Assembly (NCBI GenBank): GCA_016235085.1
Contig: JACRMA010000002.1
Location: forward strand, 50,361-110,883
Origin: Candidatus Zixiibacteriota bacterium
GTDB lineage: Bacteria; Zixibacteria; MSB-5A5; WJJR01
Reading direction: 5' to 3'
Length of the DNA stretch: 60,523 nt
Shown: positions 1 through 9,713 of the stretch, one piece after another
Layout: every line of letters begins with the position of its first letter
Position numbering within the stretch: position 1 is the stretch's first letter
Position numbers and translations under genes: made by a program
Notes under the pieces: generated by a model
Told to the model about the DNA's origin: nothing
Databases searched by the model: none
Seen by the model: the letters and a program-made list of their open reading frames with translations, nothing else

Positions 1-107
1 AGCTTTGCCCACTCGGACTGCTTGGGAGCCGAGGGCGCGTATGTTTGATCGTCTGTTTCTTCATGGTCGGATGACATCATGTTTTCGATGGAATCGATCT
101 TAGCCAT
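1..107 (-). CDS. hypothetical protein, N-terminal fragment (gene runs off window start)
   Basis: ATG at 105-107 lies 5 nt after GAGGTG. It reads MAKIDSIENMMSSDHEETDDQTYAPSAPKQSEWAK with no stop before position 1. This is the position where rpoZ often follows gmk, but I see no clear RpoZ motif. Confidence 0.3.
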   Translation of the reverse strand, partial: MAKIDSIENMMSSDHEETDDQTYAPSAPKQSEWAK

Positions 108-216
108 GCCAGCACCTCGTGTGTATGTTCAACAAACTCTCGTCGCATCCGAATTGTTCACAAATCGCTTCATATAGACTGTCAATACGCGCCTGGTGCA
201 CCGAACGATTGCGGTA

Positions 217-825
217 TCATGACCGCCGGTCCGATTTGAGGCTCTCCGCGCGAATGATGACCGCGCAGTCTTCCACGCACTGCTCCAAGTGGTCATTGAC
301 CACCCAGTATTCGTATTCGTGCTTGCGGCGCAACTCCTCGCGCGCGGTACGCAACCGCCGGCGTCTTTGCGCGATCGTCTCCGAACGGCGCCCTTCGAGA
401 CGCTTCTTCAGAACTTCCCACGAGGGCGGCATGATGAAGATTGTAACGACCGAGGGGACATTCTTGCGCATCGTCGCCGCACCCTGCACGTCCAGATCAA
501 ACAACATGACGCGTTTCAAACGGTTGGCCCGGGCGATGTTTGCCTTTGGCGTCCCGTAGAATTGATCGTGAACGCTCGCCCATTCCACGAGTCGCCCGCT
601 CTTGACCAGTCGTTGAAATTGCGCTGTCGTCACGAAATTGTAATGAGTCCCGTTGCGTTCCCCCGCCCGCTTCCCCCTTGTCGTCGTGGAAATCGAGTAG
701 AGATACTCCGGATGCTTCTGGCGCAGCTTGCGAATCACGGTCGATTTCCCCCCTCCCGAAGGAGATGAGATGATGACCAGCAGGCCGCGGCCGGCTTTTG
801 TTCTCCGCGATGACGCTTCAGCCAC
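217..825 (-). CDS. gmk: guanylate kinase
   Basis: 202-aa ORF with P-loop SSPSGGGKST and the STTTRGKRAGE motif. Length and order are typical of Gmk. Confidence 0.95.
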   Translation of the reverse strand: MAEASSRRTKAGRGLLVIISSPSGGGKSTVIRKLRQKHPEYLYSISTTTRGKRAGERNGTHYNFVTTAQFQRLVKSGRLVEWASVHDQFYGTPKANIARANRLKRVMLFDLDVQGAATMRKNVPSVVTIFIMPPSWEVLKKRLEGRRSETIAQRRRRLRTAREELRRKHEYEYWVVNDHLEQCVEDCAVIIRAESLKSDRRS

Positions 826-831
826 AATCGC

Positions 832-1707
832 TCACTCGATATTCTGCACCTGTTCGCGGGTCTTTTCCAGCTCCTCCTTGAGATTGACCACAAGGGCGGA
901 GATTTCCGCGCTCGCCGACTTTGAACCGATCGTGTTGACTTCACGGCTCAATTCCTGCAGAAGAAAATTCAGACGGCGCCCGGCAGGCTCGTTGCCATTC
1001 ACCGCATCCAGAAAGTGCTGGCAATGGATGGAGAGGCGCACACACTCTTCGGTGATATCGGTGCGTTCGGCCATGTAGGCGATTTCCTGCGCCAGTCGCT
1101 GCGGATCGTAGCCCGCGGTGCCGAGAATTTCTTCAATTCGTTGGGTCAGCTTCAGACGGTAGGCATCAACCTGCGTGGCAGACAAACCTTGAATCTTCTC
1201 CCCGGTCTGGCGGATCATGGTCATCCGCTCGCGAAAATCGTTCGCGAGCTTGCTGCCTTCGTCGCGCCGCATCTGAAGAAGCTGGTCCAAGGCCCGGTCG
1301 AGGGCTTCACGGACAATCGCCTCAACTGCCTCCGACTCGGTCGTCTTTTCGGGATTGGTCCAGACCTCGGGCAATGACATGACGTCGGCAATGCTAAGGT
1401 CGCTCGTCATTTGGTGCTTGGCCGCGAGACGCTTGATCGTTTCAATGTACCAGTCGGCCAGGGTTTCGTTGATTTGGACCGGCGATTCAAAGGCGGTTCG
1501 GTCCCATGCCAGTTGCGCCACAACCTTGCCCCGCCCGACTTTGTTCGAAATGATGGCACGCAGGGCTGATTCCTGGGACGCCATCCACCTCGGAAGCCGA
1601 AGGGAGACTTCTAGATAACGACTATTAAGGGAGGTGACTTCAAAGACCGCCCGGAATCCATCCCGGTCGATCTCCCCCCTGCCAAATCCGGTCATGCTTG
1701 AGATCAT
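832..1707 (-). CDS. yicC: YicC family stress-induced protein
   Basis: N-terminus MISSMTGFGRGE matches the YicC start. The C-terminal region has YicC-like/DUF1732-type helical repeats. I placed the start at the ATG at 1705-1707 inside the longer ORF 832..1722. Confidence 0.9.
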   Translation of the reverse strand: MISSMTGFGRGEIDRDGFRAVFEVTSLNSRYLEVSLRLPRWMASQESALRAIISNKVGRGKVVAQLAWDRTAFESPVQINETLADWYIETIKRLAAKHQMTSDLSIADVMSLPEVWTNPEKTTESEAVEAIVREALDRALDQLLQMRRDEGSKLANDFRERMTMIRQTGEKIQGLSATQVDAYRLKLTQRIEEILGTAGYDPQRLAQEIAYMAERTDITEECVRLSIHCQHFLDAVNGNEPAGRRLNFLLQELSREVNTIGSKSASAEISALVVNLKEELEKTREQVQNIE

Positions 1708-1866
1708 GCGCGTCAGCCTCAACCTTCAAAAAGCATTCAATTTAGCCACCTTCATTATGGCAAGTCAATTGCTTTTCCTTTGGTCTCCAGAGTTGTCAGC
1801 GGAGAATCGCACGTTGAAATCACCGATAAGCACAAGAGTAACAATCCGTTCGGCCATGGCAGTCAG

Positions 1867-3585
1867 ATGAAAATCGTCGGCTGGCATCTGGTCCGTCTAG
1901 TCAACGAAGCATCAGAGGATTTGGTGGGTACCGTGGTCAGATCAATTCGATCTGATCGCGAATCCGGCCGGCTGTTCTTTGAATTGGAAGCGCGGCATCG
2001 GAAAAGATGGCTTGTGGTCGGTTGTCGGGGAGCAAGCCAAGCCTTCTACTGGGTCTCGGATAAAGCCGTGATTCCATCGCTCGATTCATTTGTCCCGACA
2101 GAGAAGTTCAACCGGCTCAAGGGGTGTAGACTCGGGCACGTGGAGATTCCGCAACCGGATCGTGTCATCCGCCTGAGCTTTGAGAAGCCTGGGGAAAGTC
2201 CGGACACGTTTCAACGGCTGGATATGTGGATCAGTTGGACTGGGGCCGCCGGAAACCTCTGGCTGGTGCAGCCTGAGACTGCTGCCATTTTGGAGTCGCA
2301 CTTTGCCGCCACCGATTCCGCTGCCTCCGGCGTGTTCACCCCGCCCAAGCCCCCATCACTGCTAAACTGGCAGTCGATCACATTCCCGGAATTCGAACGG
2401 GCGCGCACCGAGAACAAGGAACTGACACTTGGCGAGTTCTTGCGTAAGAGATTCTGGGGGATCGACGAAGCCATTGCGAGAGCAATTCAGTCGGAGCTCG
2501 ATACGTCAGGAGCGACGCGGAATCAAACGTGGACCGAGTTTGAATCGTGTTTGCGTGTGCTAAGGCGGACGGTGAACTCGACAACCCCGGTGTTGATTCA
2601 GACTTCATCAGACGGGACTTCTTGGGTCGTCCCCCATCTGCCTGCCACCACGAGCGCGGAAGCAAGCGAATTCAGGTCGCTGGCTTCAGCCCTCGCGGCC
2701 ATCGACGCTCAATCAGGGGAAGAGTCAAGCCGCACTGCCCTCGTCGCGCTGCTCCAACGTGACGTGCGCGGCCGCATCGAACGCATCCGCCGCCGGTTGA
2801 ACGACGCCGAGAACGCGATCGCCGAGGGCCAGCGGGTGCCCGAGCTCAGACGCAGGGCAGACTTGCTCGGCGCCCAACGCCACGAATTGCGGCCGGGCAT
2901 GTCAGAAATCACAGTAAGTGATTGGGAGTCCGGCGATCCGATCACGGTTCCGCTCGATCCGGCGCTCACGCCTCAGGAAAACATCGATGCCCTCTACGAT
3001 CAAGCCAGCAAGGCAACCCGCGCAGCACGCAATGCGGCGACTATTCTCCCCACGCTGAATCGGGAGTCCTCGGCTTGGGAGGATCGGCTGCGACTACTCG
3101 ACGACCCAGAGATCGGCCCAGAGGAGCTCGAGGTGATCAAGGCTGCCTGCGGGATCGCCACCGAAGGCAAACCGGCAAAACGCCTTGAGCAGAAGCGCTT
3201 GCCCTATCGTGAGTTCCGGTTGGGTGACCAAGTCGTACTGGTGGGCCGATCCAGCCGCGACAACGAGCAATTGACGTTGAAAATTGCCCGGCCCCACGAT
3301 CTATTCCTGCACGCCAGCCAGTCGGGCGGGGCCCACGTGATCCTCAAGCGCGAATCCAAGGACCGGGAATTCGATCACAAGGCCATTCTTGCCGCGGCTC
3401 AGATTGCTGCCTTCTTCTCCAAAGCTAAGCATTCCCATCTGGTTCCGGTCATCTACACCGAGATCCGGCGTGTCCGTAAACCCCGCAAGGCACCGGCGGG
3501 ACTGGTACAGGTTACGGGCGAAAAATCGGTCATGGTACGGCCTCTACCTCCGCCCGGATACCACGAAGCCGGGTATAATGAATGA
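1867..3585 (+). CDS. rqcH: NFACT-family ribosome quality-control protein (FbpA/RqcH-like, DUF814)
   Basis: N-terminal NFACT-N-like region, a central helical region, and a C-terminal DUF814/NFACT-R signature (VLVGRSSRDNEQLTLKIARPHDLFLHASQSGGAHVILK). Start taken at ATG 1867 (MKIVGWHL), inside ORF 1780..3585. Confidence 0.8.
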   Translation: MKIVGWHLVRLVNEASEDLVGTVVRSIRSDRESGRLFFELEARHRKRWLVVGCRGASQAFYWVSDKAVIPSLDSFVPTEKFNRLKGCRLGHVEIPQPDRVIRLSFEKPGESPDTFQRLDMWISWTGAAGNLWLVQPETAAILESHFAATDSAASGVFTPPKPPSLLNWQSITFPEFERARTENKELTLGEFLRKRFWGIDEAIARAIQSELDTSGATRNQTWTEFESCLRVLRRTVNSTTPVLIQTSSDGTSWVVPHLPATTSAEASEFRSLASALAAIDAQSGEESSRTALVALLQRDVRGRIERIRRRLNDAENAIAEGQRVPELRRRADLLGAQRHELRPGMSEITVSDWESGDPITVPLDPALTPQENIDALYDQASKATRAARNAATILPTLNRESSAWEDRLRLLDDPEIGPEELEVIKAACGIATEGKPAKRLEQKRLPYREFRLGDQVVLVGRSSRDNEQLTLKIARPHDLFLHASQSGGAHVILKRESKDREFDHKAILAAAQIAAFFSKAKHSHLVPVIYTEIRRVRKPRKAPAGLVQVTGEKSVMVRPLPPPGYHEAGYNE

Positions 3586-3649
3586 CCTTGGTTAACAGGC
3601 TGGCTCATCGTATATTGGAACGCGAACCTTCGGCAGGATACCCGCACGA

Positions 3650-4063
3650 ATGCGTCTGAAAATCATCATCATCGCTCTGCTCCTGATCGCCTTCACGACC
3701 GTTGGCATTGTCTACTTCAGGACCACCAACGACCCGACGGGAGCTCCGACTGAGCCTGCGGCTGCCAGCACGGCGCCTGGGAAGTCGATTACCGAAGACC
3801 AGATCGTCCGCGCCTATGTCGAGTTGGCCACGCTGGCGGAGTCTACGCCCATCGGTACGCCGGAATACGAGCAGGCGAAGACACGCGTACTGGGACAGAT
3901 TGGCCTGGAACCGGGGCAGATCGAGAAGACACTGGCCGAATACAATGAGCATCCCGAGAAATGGCGCCCGATCTGGGATCGGATTCAGGATGAGCTGAAC
4001 AAGCGCAATCCGCTTCCGCCCGACACCACCGTCATGAACCAGAGCACCAGAAAACCTCTGTAA
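3650..4063 (+). CDS. hypothetical membrane-anchored protein
   Basis: 137-aa ORF with an N-terminal hydrophobic anchor (MRLKIIIIALLLIAFTTVGIVYF). I recognise no family. Confidence 0.55.
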   Translation: MRLKIIIIALLLIAFTTVGIVYFRTTNDPTGAPTEPAAASTAPGKSITEDQIVRAYVELATLAESTPIGTPEYEQAKTRVLGQIGLEPGQIEKTLAEYNEHPEKWRPIWDRIQDELNKRNPLPPDTTVMNQSTRKPL

Positions 4064-4082
4064 CCGTCAGCCTCTCCGAGGC

Positions 4083-4586
4083 GTGACCTCCACCATACTG
4101 GACGAGGTTCGCATGATACCTGAACTGCAGGGGTATTCTCTCATTTTCCGCAGCACTCACGGGCTGTTCCATCGTGCTCTTGACGGGATTACCAAGGAGC
4201 AAGCACTGGAGCGCTCGAACGGCGCCAATCCGATCTTGTGGATCGCCGGTCACATTGTCACCGTCCGCTCATCGTTCATGCGAGTGATTGGCGGTAGCGT
4301 CGTCGTGCCCTGGGCAGGCCACTTCCGCCGGGGTGATGAAGTCAAGAATCAGGATCAGTGGCCGTCGCTGGCAGAGGTCCGGGCAAAGTGGGATGAAGTA
4401 CATGGCGCATTCATGATCCAGTTGGAAACGGTCACAAGCGCGCAACTTTCGGCCCTCACCGAAGCTCCGGGATTGGACAAGACTGTCCTCGGGACGTTGG
4501 GCTTGGCCGCTCTCCATGATAGCTATCATGTCGGCCAACTCGCGGCGGCGCGACGGCGGTATGGGTTGGAACGAATCGTGGGTTGA
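4083..4586 (+). CDS. DinB-family (DinB_2-like) protein
   Basis: About 165 aa with the conserved His pattern of DinB four-helix bundles (WIAGH..., LHDSYHVGQL). GTG start at 4083; alternative ATG at 4113. Confidence 0.75.
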   Translation: MTSTILDEVRMIPELQGYSLIFRSTHGLFHRALDGITKEQALERSNGANPILWIAGHIVTVRSSFMRVIGGSVVVPWAGHFRRGDEVKNQDQWPSLAEVRAKWDEVHGAFMIQLETVTSAQLSALTEAPGLDKTVLGTLGLAALHDSYHVGQLAAARRRYGLERIVG

Positions 4587-4657
4587 ATCTGGTCCCGCGG
4601 TCTGAGCAGAGTCCTTGGACACAGAAACACGCTCAGATGTCGTACAACGGAGCTTGC

Positions 4658-5068
4658 CTACTTAAGTTCTACATCGCACGTAAACGCCCCGCGTACATGC
4701 TCGATCGTCGGCTTCTGAGATGATGAGACCGGCGATATCGCGATCGCGTCGAATCGAAAATCCACGTCGTGCGATTGCCATCCGGCGAGATAGGCCTGCG
4801 CCGCCTTGATAATCGCGGCCTGCTTGCGGGGAGTGATCCACGTGATCGGATTACCGAAATCTGTGGTTCGCGCCGTCTTCACTTCGACGAAGACAATGCA
4901 ATTGCCCTCGCGGGCAATCAGGTCGATCTCATGGCGAGTGAGGGATGAACGCCAGTTGCGGGCGATAATCTGAAACCCTTTGGTCTCCAGGTACTCCGCC
5001 GCCAACTCCTCGCCACGCTTCCCCCGGCTTGGCCGGGCTTTACGGGACTTGGGTGCGGGGCTGGGCAT
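4658..5068 (-). CDS. yraN: YraN-family (UPF0102) endonuclease-like protein
   Basis: Reads GEELAAEYLETKGFQIIARNWRSSLTRHEIDLIAREGNCIVFVEVKTART, the typical UPF0102 core. Start at ATG 5066-5068. The 353-aa ORF extension upstream overlaps rnhB and is rejected. Confidence 0.85.
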   Translation of the reverse strand: MPSPAPKSRKARPSRGKRGEELAAEYLETKGFQIIARNWRSSLTRHEIDLIAREGNCIVFVEVKTARTTDFGNPITWITPRKQAAIIKAAQAYLAGWQSHDVDFRFDAIAISPVSSSQKPTIEHVRGAFTCDVELK

Positions 5069-5124
5069 GGCGTGAGTCTGCGCTTCGTTCCCGAGGCTGG
5101 GATCTACTCGCAGCGCCGGCTTTG

Positions 5125-5781
5125 TTACAACTCCAAATGCTCCTGCCGGCACTCGCGGACTGGCGCGAAACTGCGCCGATGAATCGGAGTCGGGCCCAGT
5201 TTCTGCAGCATTTCGAGATGCTCCGCAGTGGCGTATCCCTTGTGCCGCACGAATCCGTAACCCGGATACTCGCTGTCGAAATCCTCCATAATCCGGTCGC
5301 GAATCTCCTTGGCCAGGATCGACGCGCAGCCAATCGAAACACAGAGACGGTCGCCTTCGATAATGGCGCGCTGAGGGAGCGATATGTCGGGAATCAGGAA
5401 TTTGCCGTCGACGAGAACCGCATCGGGCTGGATGGGCAGTTGTTCCAGCGCCATGCGCATTGCCATGAAGGTCGCGCCGAGAATGTTGTGACGGTCGATA
5501 TCGTCCGGGCTGATGATCCCCACGGCCCAGCCGCGAGCATTCTGGCTGATCCTGGGGAAGAGGGTGAGACGCTGTGATTGGGCGAGCAATTTGGAATCGT
5601 TGATGCCGGTCGCATCGAACTCCGGGGAGAGCACGCAGGCAACCGCGACGACCGGCCCTGCCAGTGGCCCGCGGCCAACCTCGTCGACACCGGCCACGTG
5701 CGCCATGCCGGCATCCCAATACTGCCTTTCATAGCGCCACGGATCCGACTCTGGTCCGTGTTTGTGTACCAAAAGCGGCAT
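5125..5781 (-). CDS. rnhB: ribonuclease HII
   Basis: VAGVDEVGRGPLAGPVVAVA catalytic motif. 218 aa. The rnhB-yraN order is a conserved arrangement. Confidence 0.95.
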   Translation of the reverse strand: MPLLVHKHGPESDPWRYERQYWDAGMAHVAGVDEVGRGPLAGPVVAVACVLSPEFDATGINDSKLLAQSQRLTLFPRISQNARGWAVGIISPDDIDRHNILGATFMAMRMALEQLPIQPDAVLVDGKFLIPDISLPQRAIIEGDRLCVSIGCASILAKEIRDRIMEDFDSEYPGYGFVRHKGYATAEHLEMLQKLGPTPIHRRSFAPVRECRQEHLEL

Positions 5782-5847
5782 GCCACCTCAGCCCTTGACA
5801 CAAAACCGGTGACGGCGATTCCCGGAAACGGGAACGCGATATCGCGG

Positions 5848-6201
5848 CTACTCGTTGCCGGTCTGCTTGTCCTTCAGTCTGGCCGAACGACCGGTGAGAT
5901 CACGCAGGTAATAGAGCTTCGCGCGGCGCACCTTGCCGGACTTGAGGATTTCAATCTTCGCGACGTTGGGGGAAAAGACCGGGAAGGTCCGCTCGACACC
6001 GATGCCCTGCGACACCTTGCGAACGCTGAACGTCTTCCCCGAACCTTCGCCACGTTTTTGAATGACCGTGCCCTGAAAGACCTGAATCCGCTCCTTGTCC
6101 CCTTCCTTGATCTTCACGTGCACACGCACAAGATCTCCGGGATTGAACTTGGCAGCGGTTTCGGTCTGGGGGGCCAAACCGAGATGGGATAGATTAGCCA
6201 T
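5848..6201 (-). CDS. rplS: 50S ribosomal protein L19
   Basis: Reads [33 protein letters not shown]. 117 aa. Lies downstream of trmD. Confidence 0.97.
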   Translation of the reverse strand: MANLSHLGLAPQTETAAKFNPGDLVRVHVKIKEGDKERIQVFQGTVIQKRGEGSGKTFSVRKVSQGIGVERTFPVFSPNVAKIEILKSGKVRRAKLYYLRDLTGRSARLKDKQTGNE

Positions 6202-6203
6202 GG

Positions 6204-6983
6204 TTATCTCCTTGTTTTCTCATTGGAAAGTTGATGCGGGGCATTGGTATTTCCCCTGCCTTCGACCGCATCGAGCGAATCGCTATCAGAAGACCCAATC
6301 AGATCGGGTCGGAACTGCTCAGTTGTCTGCTTGCGGGAGTTCTCCCGCCATTCGGTGACTTTGGCGTGGTGCCCGGAGATCAGGACCTCCGGCACCTCAA
6401 GCCCGCGCCAACTCTGCGGACGTGTGTACTGCGGCGCACCGAGGCCGGGACGGACAAAGGAATCGTTCTTGCCCGATTCTTCATTCCCCAGAAATCCCGG
6501 CAGAAGCCGTCCGACCGCGTCGATCATCGCCATCGCCGGGAGTTCGCCTCCAGACAATACAAAGTCGCCAAGGCAGAGGCGGCGTGGCTTGAAATGGTCG
6601 TAGATGCGTTCGTCGATTCCGGTGTAGTGCCCGCACACAAAGACTAGATGCTGCTGGCCGGAAAGCTGGACGGCGGTCGCTTGCGTGAAAGACTCGCCGC
6701 GTGGCGTCGGGATGATCAGCGTCGCACGACTGCACCCATCACGGATCGGGCAGATCGTCTCGATGGCTTTGGCCACCGGCTCGGCCTTGAGAATCATGCC
6801 GCCGCCACCGCCGAACGGAGTGTCATCAATCGTTCGATGCGGGTCATCGGTGAAATCGCGCAGGTCGTGAACCTTGATCGACAGGATTCCCTGGGCCAGT
6901 GCCCGCGCGAGCATCGACTCGCCGAGGAAACCCTCGAACATTCCGGGGAAAGCAGTGATGATGTCGACTTTCAACATGCTCAA
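6204..6983 (-). CDS. trmD: tRNA (guanine37-N1)-methyltransferase
   Basis: N-terminus [16 protein letters not shown], with the [11 protein letters not shown] and LSGGELPAM motifs characteristic of TrmD. Confidence 0.97.
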   Translation of the reverse strand: MSMLKVDIITAFPGMFEGFLGESMLARALAQGILSIKVHDLRDFTDDPHRTIDDTPFGGGGGMILKAEPVAKAIETICPIRDGCSRATLIIPTPRGESFTQATAVQLSGQQHLVFVCGHYTGIDERIYDHFKPRRLCLGDFVLSGGELPAMAMIDAVGRLLPGFLGNEESGKNDSFVRPGLGAPQYTRPQSWRGLEVPEVLISGHHAKVTEWRENSRKQTTEQFRPDLIGSSDSDSLDAVEGRGNTNAPHQLSNEKTRR

Positions 6984-7007
6984 GTCATCCCACCAATCGA
7001 CTCGGAC

Positions 7008-7514
7008 TCAGTCGATCAATCCCGGTATCGGTTCAATTCTCATCACGCCAGCGCTCAAGTCGATCTCTTTCACAATCGTGTCCACCGCGGGGATCAGGTA
7101 CTCCTTGACGCCGTCACGACAGACATAAACATCGTTGGCCGGACAATCCATGATCGATTCCACTATCCCCACCGGCGTCCCCTGCATTGTCACCACTTTC
7201 AATCCGAGGATTTGGTCGTGGAAGAAGCGTCCGGGCGGGGGCTGAATTCGTTCGGCCGCGTCAACTTCAACATCACCGCCGGTCCAGGGCCGCACATCCT
7301 CAGGGGTGGTCAGCTCTCCGGTTTGAACGACCGCATATCCATTGGCGATCCGGACCGATTCAACCGTGGCGTTCAGCGTCTTGTCGCCTTTCGACAGCAC
7401 AAACTGCTTTAACCGTGCGAATCGTTCGATGTCCTCCGCGTAGGGCCAGACGAGAAACGCTCCCGCGATGCCATGAGGCCGGCCGACGCGTCCCAGCGCA
7501 ATGCGGTCCGTCAT
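7008..7514 (-). CDS. rimM: 16S rRNA processing protein RimM
   Basis: IALGRVGRPHGIAGAF N-terminal motif and a PRC-barrel-like C-terminus. Sits in the rpsP-rimM-trmD-rplS order. Start at ATG 7512-7514. Confidence 0.9.
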   Translation of the reverse strand: MTDRIALGRVGRPHGIAGAFLVWPYAEDIERFARLKQFVLSKGDKTLNATVESVRIANGYAVVQTGELTTPEDVRPWTGGDVEVDAAERIQPPPGRFFHDQILGLKVVTMQGTPVGIVESIMDCPANDVYVCRDGVKEYLIPAVDTIVKEIDLSAGVMRIEPIPGLID

Positions 7515-7565
7515 CGGTCCGACTCTCACACGGCGTAATCCCGAGGCGATTTTCGTGCCTCCGAA

Positions 7566-7973
7566 TTATGCCGCCGGGGTCTCCGCCGCGCCCGCCGCCG
7601 CCGCAGTAGCCTTCTCGGTCATGCGCGCGCGCGCCTTGGCCTTGACCTTGTGCGGACGCTCGGTAATCGTGTCCCTCAGCGCCATGCCGGAGACATCCTC
7701 GCCCTTTTGGGCCTTGTCCCACACGGTGGCGAACCCGGAATGCTTGAACAACGCATTCACGGTATCCGAGGGAACCGCGCCACGCTTCAGCCAGTCGATT
7801 GTCCGCGGGACATCGATTTTGACCTTGGCCGGCTTGTCCAGGGGACGGTACCAGCCCAGCACCTCGAGGAAACGCCCATCGCGCGGCATCCGCGAGTCAG
7901 TCGCCACCAGCCGGAACATCGGCTGTTTCTTCTTTCCACCTCTGCGCAAACGGATCTTTACAGACAAAACCAA
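7566..7973 (-). CDS. rpsP: 30S ribosomal protein S16 (with Ala-rich C-terminal extension)
   Basis: Reads VKIRLRRGGKKKQPMFRLVATDSRMPRDGRFLEVLGWY. At 135 aa it is about 50 aa longer than the minimal S16. Confidence 0.95.
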   Translation of the reverse strand: MVLSVKIRLRRGGKKKQPMFRLVATDSRMPRDGRFLEVLGWYRPLDKPAKVKIDVPRTIDWLKRGAVPSDTVNALFKHSGFATVWDKAQKGEDVSGMALRDTITERPHKVKAKARARMTEKATAAAAGAAETPAA

Positions 7974-8055
7974 CCTCCTTCGTGTTTCCTATCAAGTAAG
8001 ACGACTCAGTTTCAATTCCCGTTCATCAAGCTCGTGTTAATCGGTACTCACCGGA

Positions 8056-9375
8056 TCAGAATGGCATGGGCATTTTGGGAAGGCCTTTCATCCCGCCTTT
8101 GCTCATCGTCTTGATCATCTTCTGCATGCCGGCGAACTGCTTCAAGAGTCGGTTCACATCCTGAACCGAGTTGCCGCTTCCCTTGGCGATGCGCAGCCGG
8201 CGCGAGCCATTGATGAGCTCGGGGTGGCGGCGTTCCTCGACGGTCATGGAGAGGATCATCGCCTCCATGCGTTTCTGCGCGCGTTCGTCAATCGAAAGAC
8301 CCTTGATCTTCGACATCCCGGGAAGCATTCCAAGAACAGATTCCAGCGGACCCATCTTCTTTAGTTGCTGCAACTGCTCGTAGAAGTCCTGAAAGTCGAA
8401 TTGCGATTTGCGGAGCTTCTGCTCCCATTGGGCCGCTTGATTGAGATCAACCGCTTCCTGCGCCTTCTCAACCAGGCCGACAACATCGCCCATTCCCAGT
8501 ATGCGTGACGCCATGCGATCAGGATGGAACGGCTCGATGCCATCCAGCTTCTCACCAGTTCCGACAAACAGGATCGGAACGCCGGTGACGCGCACAATCG
8601 ACAGCGCGGCGCCGCCTCGGGCGTCGCCATCGATCTTGGTGAAGATGACGCCATCAATGCCCACGCGTTCGGCGAATGCCGCCGCGGAGGTTACCGCGTC
8701 CTGCCCAGTCATTGCATCGGCCACGAAAAATGTCTCGGTGGGCGCGACACGCGATTTGATCGCCATGACTTCGGCCATCAGGTCGTCGTCGACATGAAGT
8801 CGTCCCGCGGTATCGAGAATGATTAAATCCGCACCAGCCTGTGTGGCGGCGGCAACGCCGGCAATTGCGACATCGACTGCGTTGCCGGTCCCCGAATGCA
8901 CCGGGATGTTCAACTGGCGCCCGAGCGTCTTGAGCTGATCAACGGCCGCAGGGCGCGCCAGGTCCGCTGCGATCATGTGGGGACGACGTCCGGCTTTGGC
9001 GAATCGTCCGGCAAGCTTTCCACATGTCGTCGTCTTGCCTGACCCCTGCAGGCCAACCATCATCCAGATCGTGGGGGAAGGTGGTTTGGCAAATCGTACG
9101 GGCCGGTGCTGGCCACCAAGAAGATCGACCAGGCGGTCATGGATGATCTTGATGATCTGCTGGCCAGGCGAGACCGACTTGAGAACCTTGTCGCCAAGGC
9201 TCTCCACCTGAACTTCATCCAAGAAGGTCTTGACGACCTTGTAGTTGACGTCAGCTTCCAACAGGGCGCGCCGGACTTGCTTCAGCGCATCATGAACATT
9301 GGATTCAGTTATCTTGCCATGGCCACGGAGAGTTTTGAAGATCCCCTCAAAACGCTCGGCCAAATTCGAAAACAT
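8056..9375 (-). CDS. ffh: signal recognition particle protein Ffh
   Basis: MFSNLAERFEGIFKTLRG start; G-domain motifs GLQGSGKTTT and DTAGR; Met-rich M domain. Start at ATG 9373-9375 inside ORF 8056..9471. Confidence 0.97.
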   Translation of the reverse strand: MFSNLAERFEGIFKTLRGHGKITESNVHDALKQVRRALLEADVNYKVVKTFLDEVQVESLGDKVLKSVSPGQQIIKIIHDRLVDLLGGQHRPVRFAKPPSPTIWMMVGLQGSGKTTTCGKLAGRFAKAGRRPHMIAADLARPAAVDQLKTLGRQLNIPVHSGTGNAVDVAIAGVAAATQAGADLIILDTAGRLHVDDDLMAEVMAIKSRVAPTETFFVADAMTGQDAVTSAAAFAERVGIDGVIFTKIDGDARGGAALSIVRVTGVPILFVGTGEKLDGIEPFHPDRMASRILGMGDVVGLVEKAQEAVDLNQAAQWEQKLRKSQFDFQDFYEQLQQLKKMGPLESVLGMLPGMSKIKGLSIDERAQKRMEAMILSMTVEERRHPELINGSRRLRIAKGSGNSVQDVNRLLKQFAGMQKMIKTMSKGGMKGLPKMPMPF

Positions 9376-9713
9376 AACAACTCCCCACGGTCGTCCAGCC
9401 ATACTCAGCAGCCGACCGCGACGCTTAGTACACCCCTTCTGTGCGCCCGACCGATTTCTGATCCGGCGCAAACTTATAAGATACGCTTCATTGGCAAAAA
9501 CTCAATGCCAATCGTGCGTTCCCCACACCCTCAGGTACACGGGAAATCGAGCGGTCTTTCACCCCAATAGTCATACCAAGCGTCCGATTGCCCCTTGCCG
9601 GTTCAAGGCAAGGTGCATCAGAAGGGATTGAGGTGCACGCTTGCAAAGCGGCGCCATTGGGCAATCCCTCGCGTAGCTATTCAATTGCGAATCAAAGACT
9701 TATACAGATAGGA

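Noticed and set aside
5069-5719. N-terminal 217-aa extension of the YraN ORF (4658..5719)
   Set aside because: The extension overlaps rnhB in another frame and is Arg/Gly/Pro-rich. The UPF0102 homology begins just after the internal ATG at 5068.
9299-9631. 110-aa plus-strand ORF in the ffh upstream region
   Set aside because: It overlaps the ffh 5' end in antisense and has no Shine-Dalgarno or motif support. The region is better explained as non-coding hairpins.
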